A stretch of DNA of 64,000 nucleotides from Escherchia phage Stokescottia: the sequence record OR896820.1; one strand, given 5' to 3'. The position numbers were made by a program, and so were the translations under genes. Under the pieces are notes generated by a model that was given only the letters and a program-made list of their open reading frames with translations, was not told the origin of the DNA and did not search any database. This document shows, piece by piece, positions 1-10,220 of this stretch. Every line of letters begins with the position of its first letter. The stretch's first letter is position 1.

Positions 1-111
1 TAATAGGGTATTTACTAGTCATTGTCTCTATGTGATAAGTGGTTTGCTTACTACAATAATCCCAAAGTTCATCATCGGGCTTGAAATAGGCTTTATTAGA
101 TATAACAACCT

Positions 112-609
112 TCATAATTTTATTCTAAGTCTAGGAATTTCAGGCTCCTCTTGATGGACTTGGTAAATAACAGGGCTATTATTTACCAGAATATAGCTTA
201 TATAAGCTGGAACATAGGATAATACAAATGGATATGGAACTTTAGCTACATAGCATTGGTATTTTCCGTTATAAATTCTAGCTGAATGCAAAACTTTAGA
301 GGTGACAACATCATAGAACGTAGTTTTCTTCCAGTTAATAAGATTTCCATCAGAATCTATAAATTGGCTACGTTTTGACCCAACTAATTGAGACAACATT
401 GATATTCTACCTCTAATAGGATAGAGCTTATATGGTAATTCTTTCCGTTTCTCAAATAGGATAAGCCTACGTTGAGAAAACGTGCCAGGCAACTTCCTGT
501 TATCTAGCACATATTTATTATATCTTGTTGTAATTACGGAATAATCACCTTCTTGCTCAATTGATACAAACGCCCGTAAAGCATATACGGGCAATTTGAA
601 ATCAAGCAC
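112..609 (-). CDS. hypothetical protein
   Basis: 165-aa ORF co-oriented with and overlapping the 3' end of the polymerase gene by 8 nt. Confidence 0.45.
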   Translation of the reverse strand: MLDFKLPVYALRAFVSIEQEGDYSVITTRYNKYVLDNRKLPGTFSQRRLILFEKRKELPYKLYPIRGRISMLSQLVGSKRSQFIDSDGNLINWKKTTFYDVVTSKVLHSARIYNGKYQCYVAKVPYPFVLSYVPAYISYILVNNSPVIYQVHQEEPEIPRLRIKL

Positions 610-3169
610 CGAGAATCCTTCTCACGTTATCCAAATCTTTACATACAGCAATAAACTTATCATCCTTGTATTTGCTATGATCTGGATGCTCTTTATCCAT
701 TGCAGCTAGTTTCTTATACTCGAACTCTGCATCAAGTAATACACCCTTGACATAACGAGTATACTCATCATCATCAATACAAGCGATTGATGGGTGCTGT
801 TTCTTCATCTTACCACAAGAGTAGTCACGAGAACCTCCAGCTTCAGAATCTGAATCAATACCAATCGGACAGCCAGGAATACTGATACCACGGTCTTTCT
901 GAATATTACGAATCAGGATTTCATTGTATTGGTCGATCAAATCCTCACGAACAATAGCAACTACGGAGTCGTGAACCAGCATAACAATCTTCATCTCTTG
1001 TTCTAGGCCAAGAGAAATGATCTCATTATCCGCATCTACAGCCCCTAAAAGGAGACTATCAGAAGAAGCAGACTGAATGATTGCGTTAAATCCAGAACGG
1101 ATTTCTTCACCCTGAACACCACGGTCTTCGGAGTGAATATTATGCAGACGACGTTTACGACCAAAGTGACTATAGATAAATCCATGATTCTTGATCTGAT
1201 CGTGGCACTTATCAATCCAACGCTTAAGCTGCGGGAACTGACCGAAGTAAGTTTCAATGTACTCTTTAGCATCCGCAACAGTACATTCAACAAACGGTTC
1301 GCCTGTCTTAGCAGCCTGTTCCAGAAGAGCTTCGTTAACAGAATGAGCTACTTTAGCTGGGCCAGAACCATACAAAATACCGAAGGTGATTGCCTTAGCA
1401 GCCTGACGCAGAGCTGGGAATAACTTTTTAACATCACGAGGTTCGCATTGTAGCTTAAATACCATATGTGCGATGTTAGAGTGGAAGTCAGGGTATTTAT
1501 CAGGTTCATTTCTCATGTTGATAAATACCTGTTGCATATTTCTATCACCAGATAGAACAGCAGCATAATAAACTTCCGCAGTTGTTAAGTCCCATGCGAT
1601 TACACGATACCCGGGAGGAGCTACTACACAACCCTTGATAATAGATTCATCACGAGGTAGCTGTTGCAGGTTCAGTTTACCAGAAGAACTCAAACGACCA
1701 GAAGTAGTCATGTGTTCATGGAAGCCAGTACGAATGCAACCATCAGCATCAATGCTCAGAAGAATCTTCTCAATGTAAGTAGAGATCAGCTTGGTCAGCT
1801 TACGAATCTCTAGTAGGGTCTTAGCAATTGGATGCTGCGTAGCCAATTCGTTCAAGGCTTCTGCATCTGTAGAGTCTGCTCCAGTATCCGTCAATTTACC
1901 TGTTGGAGTTAAGCCAACATAATCAAATAGAAGAACACGTAGCTGCTTAACAGAGTTAGGATTAAATGCTTCATTCTGATCTTTCTCTAGCTGAACTACT
2001 TCTGGATAAGTATACAGCTTCTCACGAGCTTTATTCAGATTATGAGTTAACTGATACTGAGCTTCTTTCAAGCGATCAATAGAAATTGGTACACCACGAT
2101 CCTCAACACGCTGGAGAAATACACAACCAGGCATTAGAACATCATAATACAGACTGCAAAGTTTTTCATTCTTCTCAATTTTTGGTAAGAAGAAATTGTG
2201 CAAACGTAGGGTGGCATCGGTATCTTTTGCAGCGTAAGGCCACATAATATCAAACGGAATTAAATCATAGGTGAAATCTTCTTTCTTGATTTTATGTGCT
2301 TTGCAGTAATCATCCTTGAACTTATCTAGTTCAAAGTCATAGTCACCCATATCGGTATACTTCATTGCTAGAGATTTCAAGCCATGAGTACCACGACGTT
2401 CATCTAGAACATAATGCTGCAACATAGTATCATGGAGCCTACGTTCTTTATGTGCTTTATCAAAAGTAAGTCCCAGATGGTACTTATAAAAGTGCATATC
2501 AAACTTCAAGTTGTGAAAAACAATAGTGTGGTTTTCACTATCCAGGATTTTCTGGAGATAATATACTGCAACCTCTGTGAGACAATCAGAATCGATATAT
2601 ACACCCTGATACTCTTGGTGAGACATAGAAACACCAAGCAGATAACCATCTCGACAGTATAGTGCTGAGGTTTCGGAGTCAAATGCGACAGGTCCGATAA
2701 CCATATTATACACCATCTTGATATATTCTTCCGCCTCATCAGGGTCAGTAATAGGACGGTAATCACCAGCTTTTGCAATCTTCTCACGACCATTGATAAT
2801 ATCGTGGATATTCTCTACTGTTGCATCAAAAACTGGTTTCATTTCAGGTTTAAAGTGTAACTGGGCTGGGCTGATACTCGCAATCCAGTTAGCATATCCA
2901 TTATACTCTACACGTTTACCAGTATAGTCACCAATGCCTTTCTTACCTGCGAAGTACAGGAAAGGTTCAGCACCTACTAGTATAACAAAATCATAATCAT
3001 TCGGATCAAATGGGTTTTCTGGTGTTCCAATAGTAATATGCTTTTTAAGCAAACGACCAGATAACTTCTCGTTACACATATGGAATACATCAACTTCCTC
3101 GCCGTATAGCTGGAAATGTTTATCATAACGAGTGTTATTTAGAGCTTTATCAACTACTGCGATCTTCAA
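602..3169 (-). CDS. DNA polymerase, family A, with 3'-5' exonuclease domain
   Basis: 855 aa; exo motif VAFDSETSALY, motif B RQAAKAITFGILYGSG, motif C MLVHDSVV; N-terminus resembles T5 polymerase as I recall it. Confidence 0.92.
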   Translation of the reverse strand: MKIAVVDKALNNTRYDKHFQLYGEEVDVFHMCNEKLSGRLLKKHITIGTPENPFDPNDYDFVILVGAEPFLYFAGKKGIGDYTGKRVEYNGYANWIASISPAQLHFKPEMKPVFDATVENIHDIINGREKIAKAGDYRPITDPDEAEEYIKMVYNMVIGPVAFDSETSALYCRDGYLLGVSMSHQEYQGVYIDSDCLTEVAVYYLQKILDSENHTIVFHNLKFDMHFYKYHLGLTFDKAHKERRLHDTMLQHYVLDERRGTHGLKSLAMKYTDMGDYDFELDKFKDDYCKAHKIKKEDFTYDLIPFDIMWPYAAKDTDATLRLHNFFLPKIEKNEKLCSLYYDVLMPGCVFLQRVEDRGVPISIDRLKEAQYQLTHNLNKAREKLYTYPEVVQLEKDQNEAFNPNSVKQLRVLLFDYVGLTPTGKLTDTGADSTDAEALNELATQHPIAKTLLEIRKLTKLISTYIEKILLSIDADGCIRTGFHEHMTTSGRLSSSGKLNLQQLPRDESIIKGCVVAPPGYRVIAWDLTTAEVYYAAVLSGDRNMQQVFINMRNEPDKYPDFHSNIAHMVFKLQCEPRDVKKLFPALRQAAKAITFGILYGSGPAKVAHSVNEALLEQAAKTGEPFVECTVADAKEYIETYFGQFPQLKRWIDKCHDQIKNHGFIYSHFGRKRRLHNIHSEDRGVQGEEIRSGFNAIIQSASSDSLLLGAVDADNEIISLGLEQEMKIVMLVHDSVVAIVREDLIDQYNEILIRNIQKDRGISIPGCPIGIDSDSEAGGSRDYSCGKMKKQHPSIACIDDDEYTRYVKGVLLDAEFEYKKLAAMDKEHPDHSKYKDDKFIAVCKDLDNVRRILGA

Positions 3170-3231
3170 ATTTAATCTCCTCTTGGTAAGTAAGTATAAC
3201 TTCAGTGTTTCTTCTCTAACTTACCAATATA

Positions 3232-4122
3232 TTATACCAAATCTTTAAGCGATTCAGCAACTAAAATTTCAATACGTTTTGCTAACATATCAATTTCTTC
3301 TTTATTTAAGTCACCAGGGTCTTTACCTTCAGGCAGAAGAAAGTTAGCAACTACAGGTGTTAAACGCGTTTTTGTACGAATTAGCTTGGCCAACGCTTGT
3401 GCAGCTTTGTTACCAGAAGCATCATTATCTAGTAAGATAACAACAACTTTTACACCAGCAATAATATAAGGACTGAACTTATCTGCAATGTTATCCGAAG
3501 TAAACTGATGTGTACCAAAGCAGCAAGAAGCATAGTCTATACCATTATCCTCTAGGTTCAGCATATCAAAGATACCTTCAACTAGAATAAGAACTGGAGT
3601 ATTATATCGTACAGGGAAAATCGGTGGTGAAACTTGCTTTGGTTTTACTAAGTATTTAGGAGGGGCAGAACTGTTTATAGAACGACCCAAAAATAGGATA
3701 TTGCGTCCAACAGCATCTGTGATTGGGAATACAATTCTGCCTTCCCAGTCTGCTTGGTGTTGGAAAGCAAAATATTTCTTCAAGGTCTTAGAACTTATAC
3801 CTCGGAAATCACCTTCGAAAAGGTAAGCAGATTCAGGAATTGCAAGATTCGTAGATCCATTCCTAATCTCTGAAATCTTTTTACGTACCTGCGATAGTCT
3901 TGGGGACTGTCGGTACTGAGTCTCATTAAAATAATGGTAAATGCTCGGTATACCTTTACCGAAGCCACAACTCAAGCAGTGCATAATACCTGTTTCAGGA
4001 TCAATACGCAAACTTGGGTGTTTATCGTCATGATCTGGATTGAGACAACAGATGAGGATGTCCCCACCTGTGTCTTTATATTCAATGCCTTTCAGATCAA
4101 GTAGTTCTGTTATTCTACTCAT
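3232..4122 (-). CDS. DNA primase (zinc-binding N-terminus plus Toprim domain)
   Basis: 296 aa; N-terminal CxxH...CxxC zinc motif (CCLNPDHDD...HCLSCGFGKG); Toprim-like LVEGIFDMLNLED...LLDNDASG. Confidence 0.75.
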   Translation of the reverse strand: MSRITELLDLKGIEYKDTGGDILICCLNPDHDDKHPSLRIDPETGIMHCLSCGFGKGIPSIYHYFNETQYRQSPRLSQVRKKISEIRNGSTNLAIPESAYLFEGDFRGISSKTLKKYFAFQHQADWEGRIVFPITDAVGRNILFLGRSINSSAPPKYLVKPKQVSPPIFPVRYNTPVLILVEGIFDMLNLEDNGIDYASCCFGTHQFTSDNIADKFSPYIIAGVKVVVILLDNDASGNKAAQALAKLIRTKTRLTPVVANFLLPEGKDPGDLNKEEIDMLAKRIEILVAESLKDLV

Positions 4123-5642
4123 ATATCGCTGGCCTGTTCACCTGTTGAATTTTCAGCTTTGTCTTTCTTAGCACGTTTAGGTTGAGCCGGCTTATCCTTC
4201 TCAATAGGGATAATGAACTCAGCTTCCATTTGAGATATATCTTCCATTGCTAGGTTGGTAGTGTTATCCATCCGCAGGGTTTCCCAGTTCATTTTAGGCA
4301 TAAACTTCACGCTATCAGAAGAACGAGTCTTAACGAAGTCAAACATAATAGCACCTTGACCATTATCAGCTTTTGCAGCATTAAGATTAGCAGCCATGTC
4401 AGCGGAATCAAGAATCCCCTTTGACATACGTGTTCTACCATCTTGATCAATCTGGTAAGGAGCTACACCAGCCACATTATGTTTCTGGCAGATAGATTTG
4501 AAAGACGAGCTGACAACCATCTGTTCTTTCCAGTCATACATATCAATGGTTTTAGAGTCTGGAAGTCTGGTCTGGTTAATATAGTCCAGTAAAGCTACTG
4601 TAACTTTATCTCCGTATCTAGCAACTAATTTATTTAATTCTACGTCAACTGTTGTAATAGACAGCTCAGGGTCATAAACAATAATCATAGGAGTATGTAG
4701 CTCATACCCTTCTATTAGCTTACTCTCCATATCGTAGAAATCACTCATCTTAGCCATTGTGTACTGTTTAACGAAGCTATCGAAAAGCTCTTCACCACCA
4801 TTAAACATTCTAGCTCTAGTTCTGGCTAATCTCAATAGAGCTGCACCTTCTAGAGTATTATTACGCATTGCTAATGCTGATACACCAGCTAACATGGCTA
4901 GATTACGTCTAAATACTTCATGTTCTTTCATCTCAATTGAGAAGTATGGAGCAATATCCCCATTCAAATATTGCTGAACCTGTATGTTTGAACAGATAAT
5001 GGATTTACCAGTACCACGCCAACCACCAAGCAGTAACGTTTCTGTGCGAGCTAAACCAATTTGAGCGTCGAACTCATTACAAATACCAAGAGCGATTAAG
5101 TTCAGTTTGGTATCTTCTTCTCTCTGGAAAATACGCATGTTATCTGCGTTGAATACTTTTCCAGTATTCGTTACTTTCTCTTCTAATTTTAAGTGAAGGG
5201 AGGCAACTCGGTTGAGAATTTCTCCCTGATCCAGCATTGTTAAATCTTGAAGCACGTCTGTTTCTAGAAGCTTCAGGAATAAATCCTGTGTATATTCAGC
5301 CTCTAGGACTTCAAGTGCCTGTTCCATGCTCACTTCTGGAATTTGAGTGTTAGCTAAGACGACTAGAGCTTGAGAAAGGCGGGCGTTCCTATTAGCCTCA
5401 AGCATCAGTGCGTCAATGGACGGCATTGTGTTATATTTTTTATAATAATTCTGGACGGCTTGGTAAATTGAGGAGAAAGCGTCATTAAAATGATCTTTAT
5501 GCAGTTTTGAGAATGTTTCCAATGCTATTTGCTTCTGTTCAGAAGCTAGAAGCATCTTCAACACTACAGCTTGCACGTTAAACAAGGTCATTCTCCTTTG
5601 CACGCTTTCGTGCCTTCTAAATGCAAAAAGGGGAAGGAGCAT
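4119..5642 (-). CDS. replicative DNA helicase, DnaB-like
   Basis: 507 aa; Walker A GGWRGTGKS; 4-nt overlap with primase; start uncertain because a terminator-like hairpin overlaps the first codons. Confidence 0.7.
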   Translation of the reverse strand: MLLPLFAFRRHESVQRRMTLFNVQAVVLKMLLASEQKQIALETFSKLHKDHFNDAFSSIYQAVQNYYKKYNTMPSIDALMLEANRNARLSQALVVLANTQIPEVSMEQALEVLEAEYTQDLFLKLLETDVLQDLTMLDQGEILNRVASLHLKLEEKVTNTGKVFNADNMRIFQREEDTKLNLIALGICNEFDAQIGLARTETLLLGGWRGTGKSIICSNIQVQQYLNGDIAPYFSIEMKEHEVFRRNLAMLAGVSALAMRNNTLEGAALLRLARTRARMFNGGEELFDSFVKQYTMAKMSDFYDMESKLIEGYELHTPMIIVYDPELSITTVDVELNKLVARYGDKVTVALLDYINQTRLPDSKTIDMYDWKEQMVVSSSFKSICQKHNVAGVAPYQIDQDGRTRMSKGILDSADMAANLNAAKADNGQGAIMFDFVKTRSSDSVKFMPKMNWETLRMDNTTNLAMEDISQMEAEFIIPIEKDKPAQPKRAKKDKAENSTGEQASDI

Positions 5643-5657
5643 AGCCCCCTCCCCTTA
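5624..5657 (-). terminator. rho-independent terminator-like hairpin
   Basis: GC-rich inverted repeat GGGGAAGG...CCCTCCCC followed by a U-run on the minus strand, just 3' of 5674..6441. Confidence 0.5.
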
Positions 5658-5673
5658 GGTTTAATTTACCAGA

Positions 5674-6441
5674 TTATTCAGCAGCCGCAGCTTTTGCATC
5701 CAGTTTAGCACGCTTAGCGGCACCATCATAGTCCTTAGCAACCAGACCACGACGAGACAGCATAGATTTAACACCACGCTCAGACTTACCAGTTTTCTCA
5801 GCGATCTCAGCAACAGTCATGTTAACCAGATCTAGACCTTCTAACAGATCTTCACGAGTTTTAGCACTTGAAGTTTCCTGTACCGGCATAGCAGCAATAC
5901 GACCTTCACGAAGCAGGCTCAGAGCTTTACCACGGATCTGCTTAATATTGCGACCGAAGTGAGCAGCGATAGCTTCAATAGTAGCACCAGCAACAACCTG
6001 ATTAACAAAATCAGTTTCTTCATCCGGAGTGAAGGAACGAACAGCAGCAGCTTTTTCAGTTGGTTTAACAGAAGCGGTCATTTCCAGACTCAGAATCTTA
6101 CCTTGTACCTGCTTAGCACCGAACTGACCACCAGCTACAGCAGCAGCGATTTCAGCATAGGTATACTGACCAGCATGAGCATTCAGGAAATCAACCAGTT
6201 CAGCTTCCTGCTCAGGAGTCCACGGGGATTTCTGTACTTCGTTAGCTTTCTGTACTTCAAAACCTTCTTTACGCAGTTTAGAGCCAACAGAGCGAGCGGT
6301 AACGTCTTTGCCAGTTTCAGCGGCCAGTTCAGCAGCGATAGCAGCTACTTGTTCTTGAGAGATTACAGCAACACCCAGAGCAGTGGCTTTTGCTTTCAGA
6401 GACTCGGTTACACCTTCTACGTTCCAGTTCAGTTTAGACAT
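5674..6441 (-). CDS. putative DNA-binding protein with four tandem ~40-aa HTH-like repeats
   Basis: 255 aa, Ala-rich; recurring pattern ...EIAxxxGxxxxxVxxKxxSL... Confidence 0.45.
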   Translation of the reverse strand: MSKLNWNVEGVTESLKAKATALGVAVISQEQVAAIAAELAAETGKDVTARSVGSKLRKEGFEVQKANEVQKSPWTPEQEAELVDFLNAHAGQYTYAEIAAAVAGGQFGAKQVQGKILSLEMTASVKPTEKAAAVRSFTPDEETDFVNQVVAGATIEAIAAHFGRNIKQIRGKALSLLREGRIAAMPVQETSSAKTREDLLEGLDLVNMTVAEIAEKTGKSERGVKSMLSRRGLVAKDYDGAAKRAKLDAKAAAAE

Positions 6442-7204
6442 TATTATTTTTCTCCAATAGTTCTTTAATCGACAGGATTTCTATCCCATTCGTTTCGGCT
6501 TTCTTATAAGATGAGGAAGAACGTTTTGATTCATCCTCACAGATTAGGTATTTGACGTCTTTGGTAACGGATTTCTTAACCGTATATCCTAGACCTTCTA
6601 AATAGTTTGTTGCATCCGTTCGATTTGCAAAATCTTGCAAAGATCCGGTAATACATACCACGATTCCATTTGGCTGGGCAACTAAATCATCAGTAACGAC
6701 AGTTTTAGCTTTAGCACCAGTTGAGAATTTCCACGGTAGTTCGATAACATCCTTGCCTTGTGGGGAATTTAGCCAGGCTTTGTAGTTTTCTCCAGCCTTG
6801 CCGTCAGCCTTCACATCGTGGAAGCTAGTGCAATTTTGGGATAATTTCTTTGCTGCAACCTCTCCGATTAGAGGGATTCCTAAAGAACCGAGAACTGAAC
6901 CAAAGTCAATGTCTCCGCGAACTTTAGTATTTAATTCGCTAATTAACTTAGCTGCAACCTTGCTACCCACGGCTCTAACTAAATCTTCTTCGGTTAGGTA
7001 AAATAGTTCTGAAATCTTCGTCAGCTCCAGCTTCTCAATAGTTTTTGGGCCAAAGCCCTTTAACTTCATTTTTGTACAGAAGTTCTCAATTAACTTACTT
7101 GATTGCGCTGGACAGTTGGACTTATTCCTACAGAATAATTGTCCGTTGACAAGATCTAGCTTAGAACCACAAGAGGGACATTGTGTTGGAATTTCGATTT
7201 TCAT
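6434..7204 (-). CDS. ligB: NAD-dependent DNA ligase, C-terminal part (Zn finger, HhH, BRCT)
   Basis: CPSCGSKLDLVNGQLFCRN..C zinc finger and BRCT-like tail; ATG at 7204 preceded by ATAAATTGATAAGGAAG box. Confidence 0.75.
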   Translation of the reverse strand: MKIEIPTQCPSCGSKLDLVNGQLFCRNKSNCPAQSSKLIENFCTKMKLKGFGPKTIEKLELTKISELFYLTEEDLVRAVGSKVAAKLISELNTKVRGDIDFGSVLGSLGIPLIGEVAAKKLSQNCTSFHDVKADGKAGENYKAWLNSPQGKDVIELPWKFSTGAKAKTVVTDDLVAQPNGIVVCITGSLQDFANRTDATNYLEGLGYTVKKSVTKDVKYLICEDESKRSSSSYKKAETNGIEILSIKELLEKNNNV

Positions 7205-7234
7205 CAAATTTCTTCCTTATCAATTTATATAAAT

Positions 7235-7263
7235 ATTATAGCAAGTATTTAAGCATTTAGCAA
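7235..7263 (-). promoter_or_regulatory. early-type promoter between the two ligase halves
   Basis: On minus strand TTGCTA, 17-nt spacer, TATAAT, then ATTTATATAAATTGATAAGG box. Confidence 0.6.
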
Positions 7264-7406
7264 CTACAATTTTAACTAACTTTGCTTACCCTCGCCATAA
7301 CTTTCTATCCCTCAACTGAATGATAATAGTATATACCTAAGCGGCGAAAATGTCAATAACCACTTTATAATTCCGATATGGTAGATGGGTAGCAAAGGGT
7401 TATGTA

Positions 7407-8378
7407 TTAATCGTATACTCGCTCTACTATGCACGGGATTACACCACCAGCACGAATTACTCGAATCTGGCAACCGATCTCTAGATCAAGAGAGTTAATA
7501 TAATCAACGTTATTAAGAGTCGCTTTAACAATTGTAGCATCATCAATAATTACCGGTTCGAAATAACCAACTGGAGTTACTTTACCAGAAGCCCCTACCT
7601 GCCACTCAACTTTAGTAAGAGTTGTAATCTCGCCTTCTTCATCCTCTTTAATAGCGAATGCTCCACGAGGGAATTTATTAGTCCAGCCTTCTCGGAAGAA
7701 TTTGTTGTTGTCATTAATACGAACAACTTTACCGTCCGTCGGAATCCATTTAAAGAATGAACGCACATTAACAACTGTTAAGAAGTCTTCATTCTCTAGC
7801 CAAAGCATATCTTTTAAATATGCTTCTGTAATACCTACAGATTCAGCAGAACACTGGATACCATATGCAACGAAGATTAAACCACCTTCCCCGATACGTT
7901 GTACGAAATCATCGCTATCTTTGAGGTTAATAGCACCAGAGGCAAAGTTACGTTTATTCTCTACTTCTTTTGTAATTAGAACTTCACCAGTGATTTGAGT
8001 AGGTACTTTTTGGGAAATCTTTTTAGGGATGTTCAGCAATCTTACGTTGCTTGTGACATCATTCCCTAGAATACCGTTACCACGAGTTAGTGCTTGAACA
8101 AATTCTCCATTAATATATAACAGAGAAATCGCACAACCATCTAATTTATCAGTTTCTACCTGACCTAATGGGTTAAACGGAGGTTTATCTCCACGATTAT
8201 AATAAACTTTCTGTAAAGAATACATACGATACAGATGTGGAATATCACCCTTAGGCCCGATCTCTTCTTCTAACGGGAAGCGTTTTACCAGGCAATCATA
8301 CTCCTCATCAGAGATTAAAGACATGCCTTGATAATATGCTTCTTGACAGCGTTTAATAAATTCTTTTACATTAGTCAT
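7407..8378 (-). CDS. ligA: NAD-dependent DNA ligase, N-terminal adenylation/OB part
   Basis: 323 aa; active-site KxDG motif in TDKLDGCAISLLY; separate ORF from the Zn/BRCT half. Confidence 0.8.
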   Translation of the reverse strand: MTNVKEFIKRCQEAYYQGMSLISDEEYDCLVKRFPLEEEIGPKGDIPHLYRMYSLQKVYYNRGDKPPFNPLGQVETDKLDGCAISLLYINGEFVQALTRGNGILGNDVTSNVRLLNIPKKISQKVPTQITGEVLITKEVENKRNFASGAINLKDSDDFVQRIGEGGLIFVAYGIQCSAESVGITEAYLKDMLWLENEDFLTVVNVRSFFKWIPTDGKVVRINDNNKFFREGWTNKFPRGAFAIKEDEEGEITTLTKVEWQVGASGKVTPVGYFEPVIIDDATIVKATLNNVDYINSLDLEIGCQIRVIRAGGVIPCIVERVYD

Positions 8379-8651
8379 TTATTCTGCCTCATAGTACGTG
8401 GGCTGTCTAGTGGACCCGTGCCATGTATAGTTTTTGCAAAGATGCAAATATGTAGTTTTTACTAGCCTATCTGACAACGGAGAGTATATTTCAGCTGTTA
8501 ATACTTCTTTTTCGTAATGAAGTGAAATCAGCTTATACCCACTTCTAGTTTTAGTATACTTTTCTCCATTAATCTTCTCCTCCCACATAAGTATAAGAGG
8601 CTGTCCGATGTATGGGAAAGGTTTAAGTGTACTTATATTTATCTTTTTCAC
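8379..8651 (-). CDS. hypothetical protein
   Basis: 90-aa ORF, apparent GTG start with GAGAGG SD, abuts ligase start. Confidence 0.4.
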   Translation of the reverse strand: MKKINISTLKPFPYIGQPLILMWEEKINGEKYTKTRSGYKLISLHYEKEVLTAEIYSPLSDRLVKTTYLHLCKNYTWHGSTRQPTYYEAE

Positions 8652-8681
8652 TTTGCAACCCTCTCATTAATTTATATAAAT

Positions 8682-8711
8682 ATTATATAACAAAACTGAG
8701 TTGAAAGCAAA
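8682..8711 (-). promoter_or_regulatory. early-type promoter
   Basis: Minus strand TTTGCT, 18-nt spacer, TATAAT, then ATAAATTAATGAGAGGG box. Confidence 0.55.
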
Positions 8712-8723
8712 TACATTTATAAA

Positions 8724-8757
8724 TAAAAAAGCCAAGAACTAGGCATTCTTGGCTTTG
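8724..8757 (-). terminator. rho-independent terminator
   Basis: Hairpin GCCAAGAA/TTCTTGGC flanked by A6 on plus strand (U-run on minus). Confidence 0.6.
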
Positions 8758-9047
8758 AGTTCTTCAGCTCGTTTCTGTACTTCATGTAAAACCTCAGATT
8801 CGCTAAGAATCTGTGTAAATGCATAGAAAAGCTGTGATGTTGTTTCTAGGGTGTAAGGAAAAGAGAAGCCAGATTTCGTTGGAAACCATTCATCATTAAT
8901 ATCAAGAAGCCAGTAACGAATACCCATGTATAGATTCCCACGAAATTCAGATACTGTTAATCTTACTTGTTCTCCCTCCTTCTCCCAAAGTATGATGGAC
9001 TGGTCATCAACGTGTCCTTCATAGTTTTGATTTACCTGTTCGCTCAT
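8739..9047 (-). CDS. hypothetical protein
   Basis: 102-aa ORF. Confidence 0.4.
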   Translation of the reverse strand: MSEQVNQNYEGHVDDQSIILWEKEGEQVRLTVSEFRGNLYMGIRYWLLDINDEWFPTKSGFSFPYTLETTSQLFYAFTQILSESEVLHEVQKRAEELKAKNA

Positions 9048-9065
9048 TTACATATCCCAAATACA

Positions 9066-9090
9066 CAAAAAGCCCCATATAGGGGCTAAT
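9066..9090 (-). terminator. terminator-like hairpin
   Basis: AAAAAGCCCC ATATA GGGGC hairpin with adjacent A/U-run. Confidence 0.45.
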
Positions 9091-9097
9091 TGGTTTC

Positions 9098-9394
9098 TTA
9101 TCGGCCTACTGGAGAAGCACGATCTAACTCTGATTGGAGGCTAGTCACACGACGGACTTTCTCGACAGGAATAAAACGGAAGCTATCATTAGTACGAGAG
9201 AAGACAAGGATTTCATCATCTTTCGCTTTACGAATACGTTCACGTTTAATACGCTCAGCCAGATATTTATCTTGGGCTGGATCAAATTCCATCGTACCCT
9301 GAAGGTACGTGGTTCCTTTCTGACGAAGTTTCTCGTAATGAAGATAAAACTCACCAAATTTTTCACATTGTGCGATAATTTCAGCTTTGGTCAT
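9098..9394 (-). CDS. hypothetical protein
   Basis: 98-aa ORF. Confidence 0.4.
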   Translation of the reverse strand: MTKAEIIAQCEKFGEFYLHYEKLRQKGTTYLQGTMEFDPAQDKYLAERIKRERIRKAKDDEILVFSRTNDSFRFIPVEKVRRVTSLQSELDRASPVGR

Positions 9395-9430
9395 AACTGT
9401 ATTCCTTTTGTTGGTGGATTTATCTAAAAA

Positions 9431-9841
9431 TTACTTAGTGATAGCTCGGATTGCTTCTGCCAGATGAGCGGCTGCTTTACCGGTCAGTTTGTCGATAATT
9501 GCATCATCCAGAAAATCTGGTGCTAAGCCAGCATCAGAAAATGCTGAACGAAGATCGGCATGAGCTTGGGCTTTGGAAGTACGAGAACCACCAGAAGCTT
9601 TTTCTCCAGTAGATGCGCTAGATTTAGAAGCAGAGCCAGCAGCTTTCTTGATATACAAACCTGCTTTAGTCAGCTTCATACGAAAACCGTTCGGAGTTAC
9701 ACCATTTTCCTGGGCAATTTCGCTAACAATTTCCATGCTAACACCCGGACGTTCATCCTCTGGGAATTGCTCCATACGAGCAACGTATTCGGAAGACATT
9801 TTTTCGAACAGTTCATCAGTCCACTGAGTTGGAGTAGTCAT
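9431..9841 (-). CDS. hypothetical protein
   Basis: 136-aa ORF, Ala/Ser-rich C-terminus. Confidence 0.4.
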   Translation of the reverse strand: MTTPTQWTDELFEKMSSEYVARMEQFPEDERPGVSMEIVSEIAQENGVTPNGFRMKLTKAGLYIKKAAGSASKSSASTGEKASGGSRTSKAQAHADLRSAFSDAGLAPDFLDDAIIDKLTGKAAAHLAEAIRAITK

Positions 9842-9944
9842 ATTTTATATTTCCTTAATTAAGAATTAAACAGAATAGTTCTTTCAAACTATGAGAATAT
9901 TATATCAAGAATAATAGGATTAAGCAACTGAAATTTTTCTGTAG

Positions 9945-10220
9945 TTACTCCACCAGGCCAACAGCGAGCATATCATCAATGCTGGCAATCTCCCAATCGT
10001 CGGCAATAGCTTCGCATACTGTTAACGTAACAACCTCACTATAGGGATAATTACCAGCTACCCAGGTATGTTGGGTAACTACATCCAGATCAGTATCCAA
10101 AGTTAATAATACTAAACCGTTATTATCGTTATTCCAACTTTTACGATATACGGTTTTTGTTTCACCATCTTTGAGCAAATCTGTTAGCTTACTCACGGCG
10201 TTTTCCTTTTTCTTTATCAA
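9945..10220 (-). CDS. hypothetical protein
   Basis: 91-aa ORF. Confidence 0.35.
   Translation of the reverse strand: MIKKKENAVSKLTDLLKDGETKTVYRKSWNNDNNGLVLLTLDTDLDVVTQHTWVAGNYPYSEVVTLTVCEAIADDWEIASIDDMLAVGLVE

Noticed and set aside
1045-2793. Antisense and overlapping ORFs inside the polymerase gene (1045..1293, 1133..1423, 2414..2662, 2506..2793)
   Set aside because: Fully contained within a long, motif-supported CDS on the other strand or frame, with no SD or promoter and low-complexity translations.
5959-6468. 169-aa plus-strand ORF antisense to the HTH-repeat gene
   Set aside because: Ser/Phe-rich translation typical of the reverse frame of an Ala-rich gene; no start signals.
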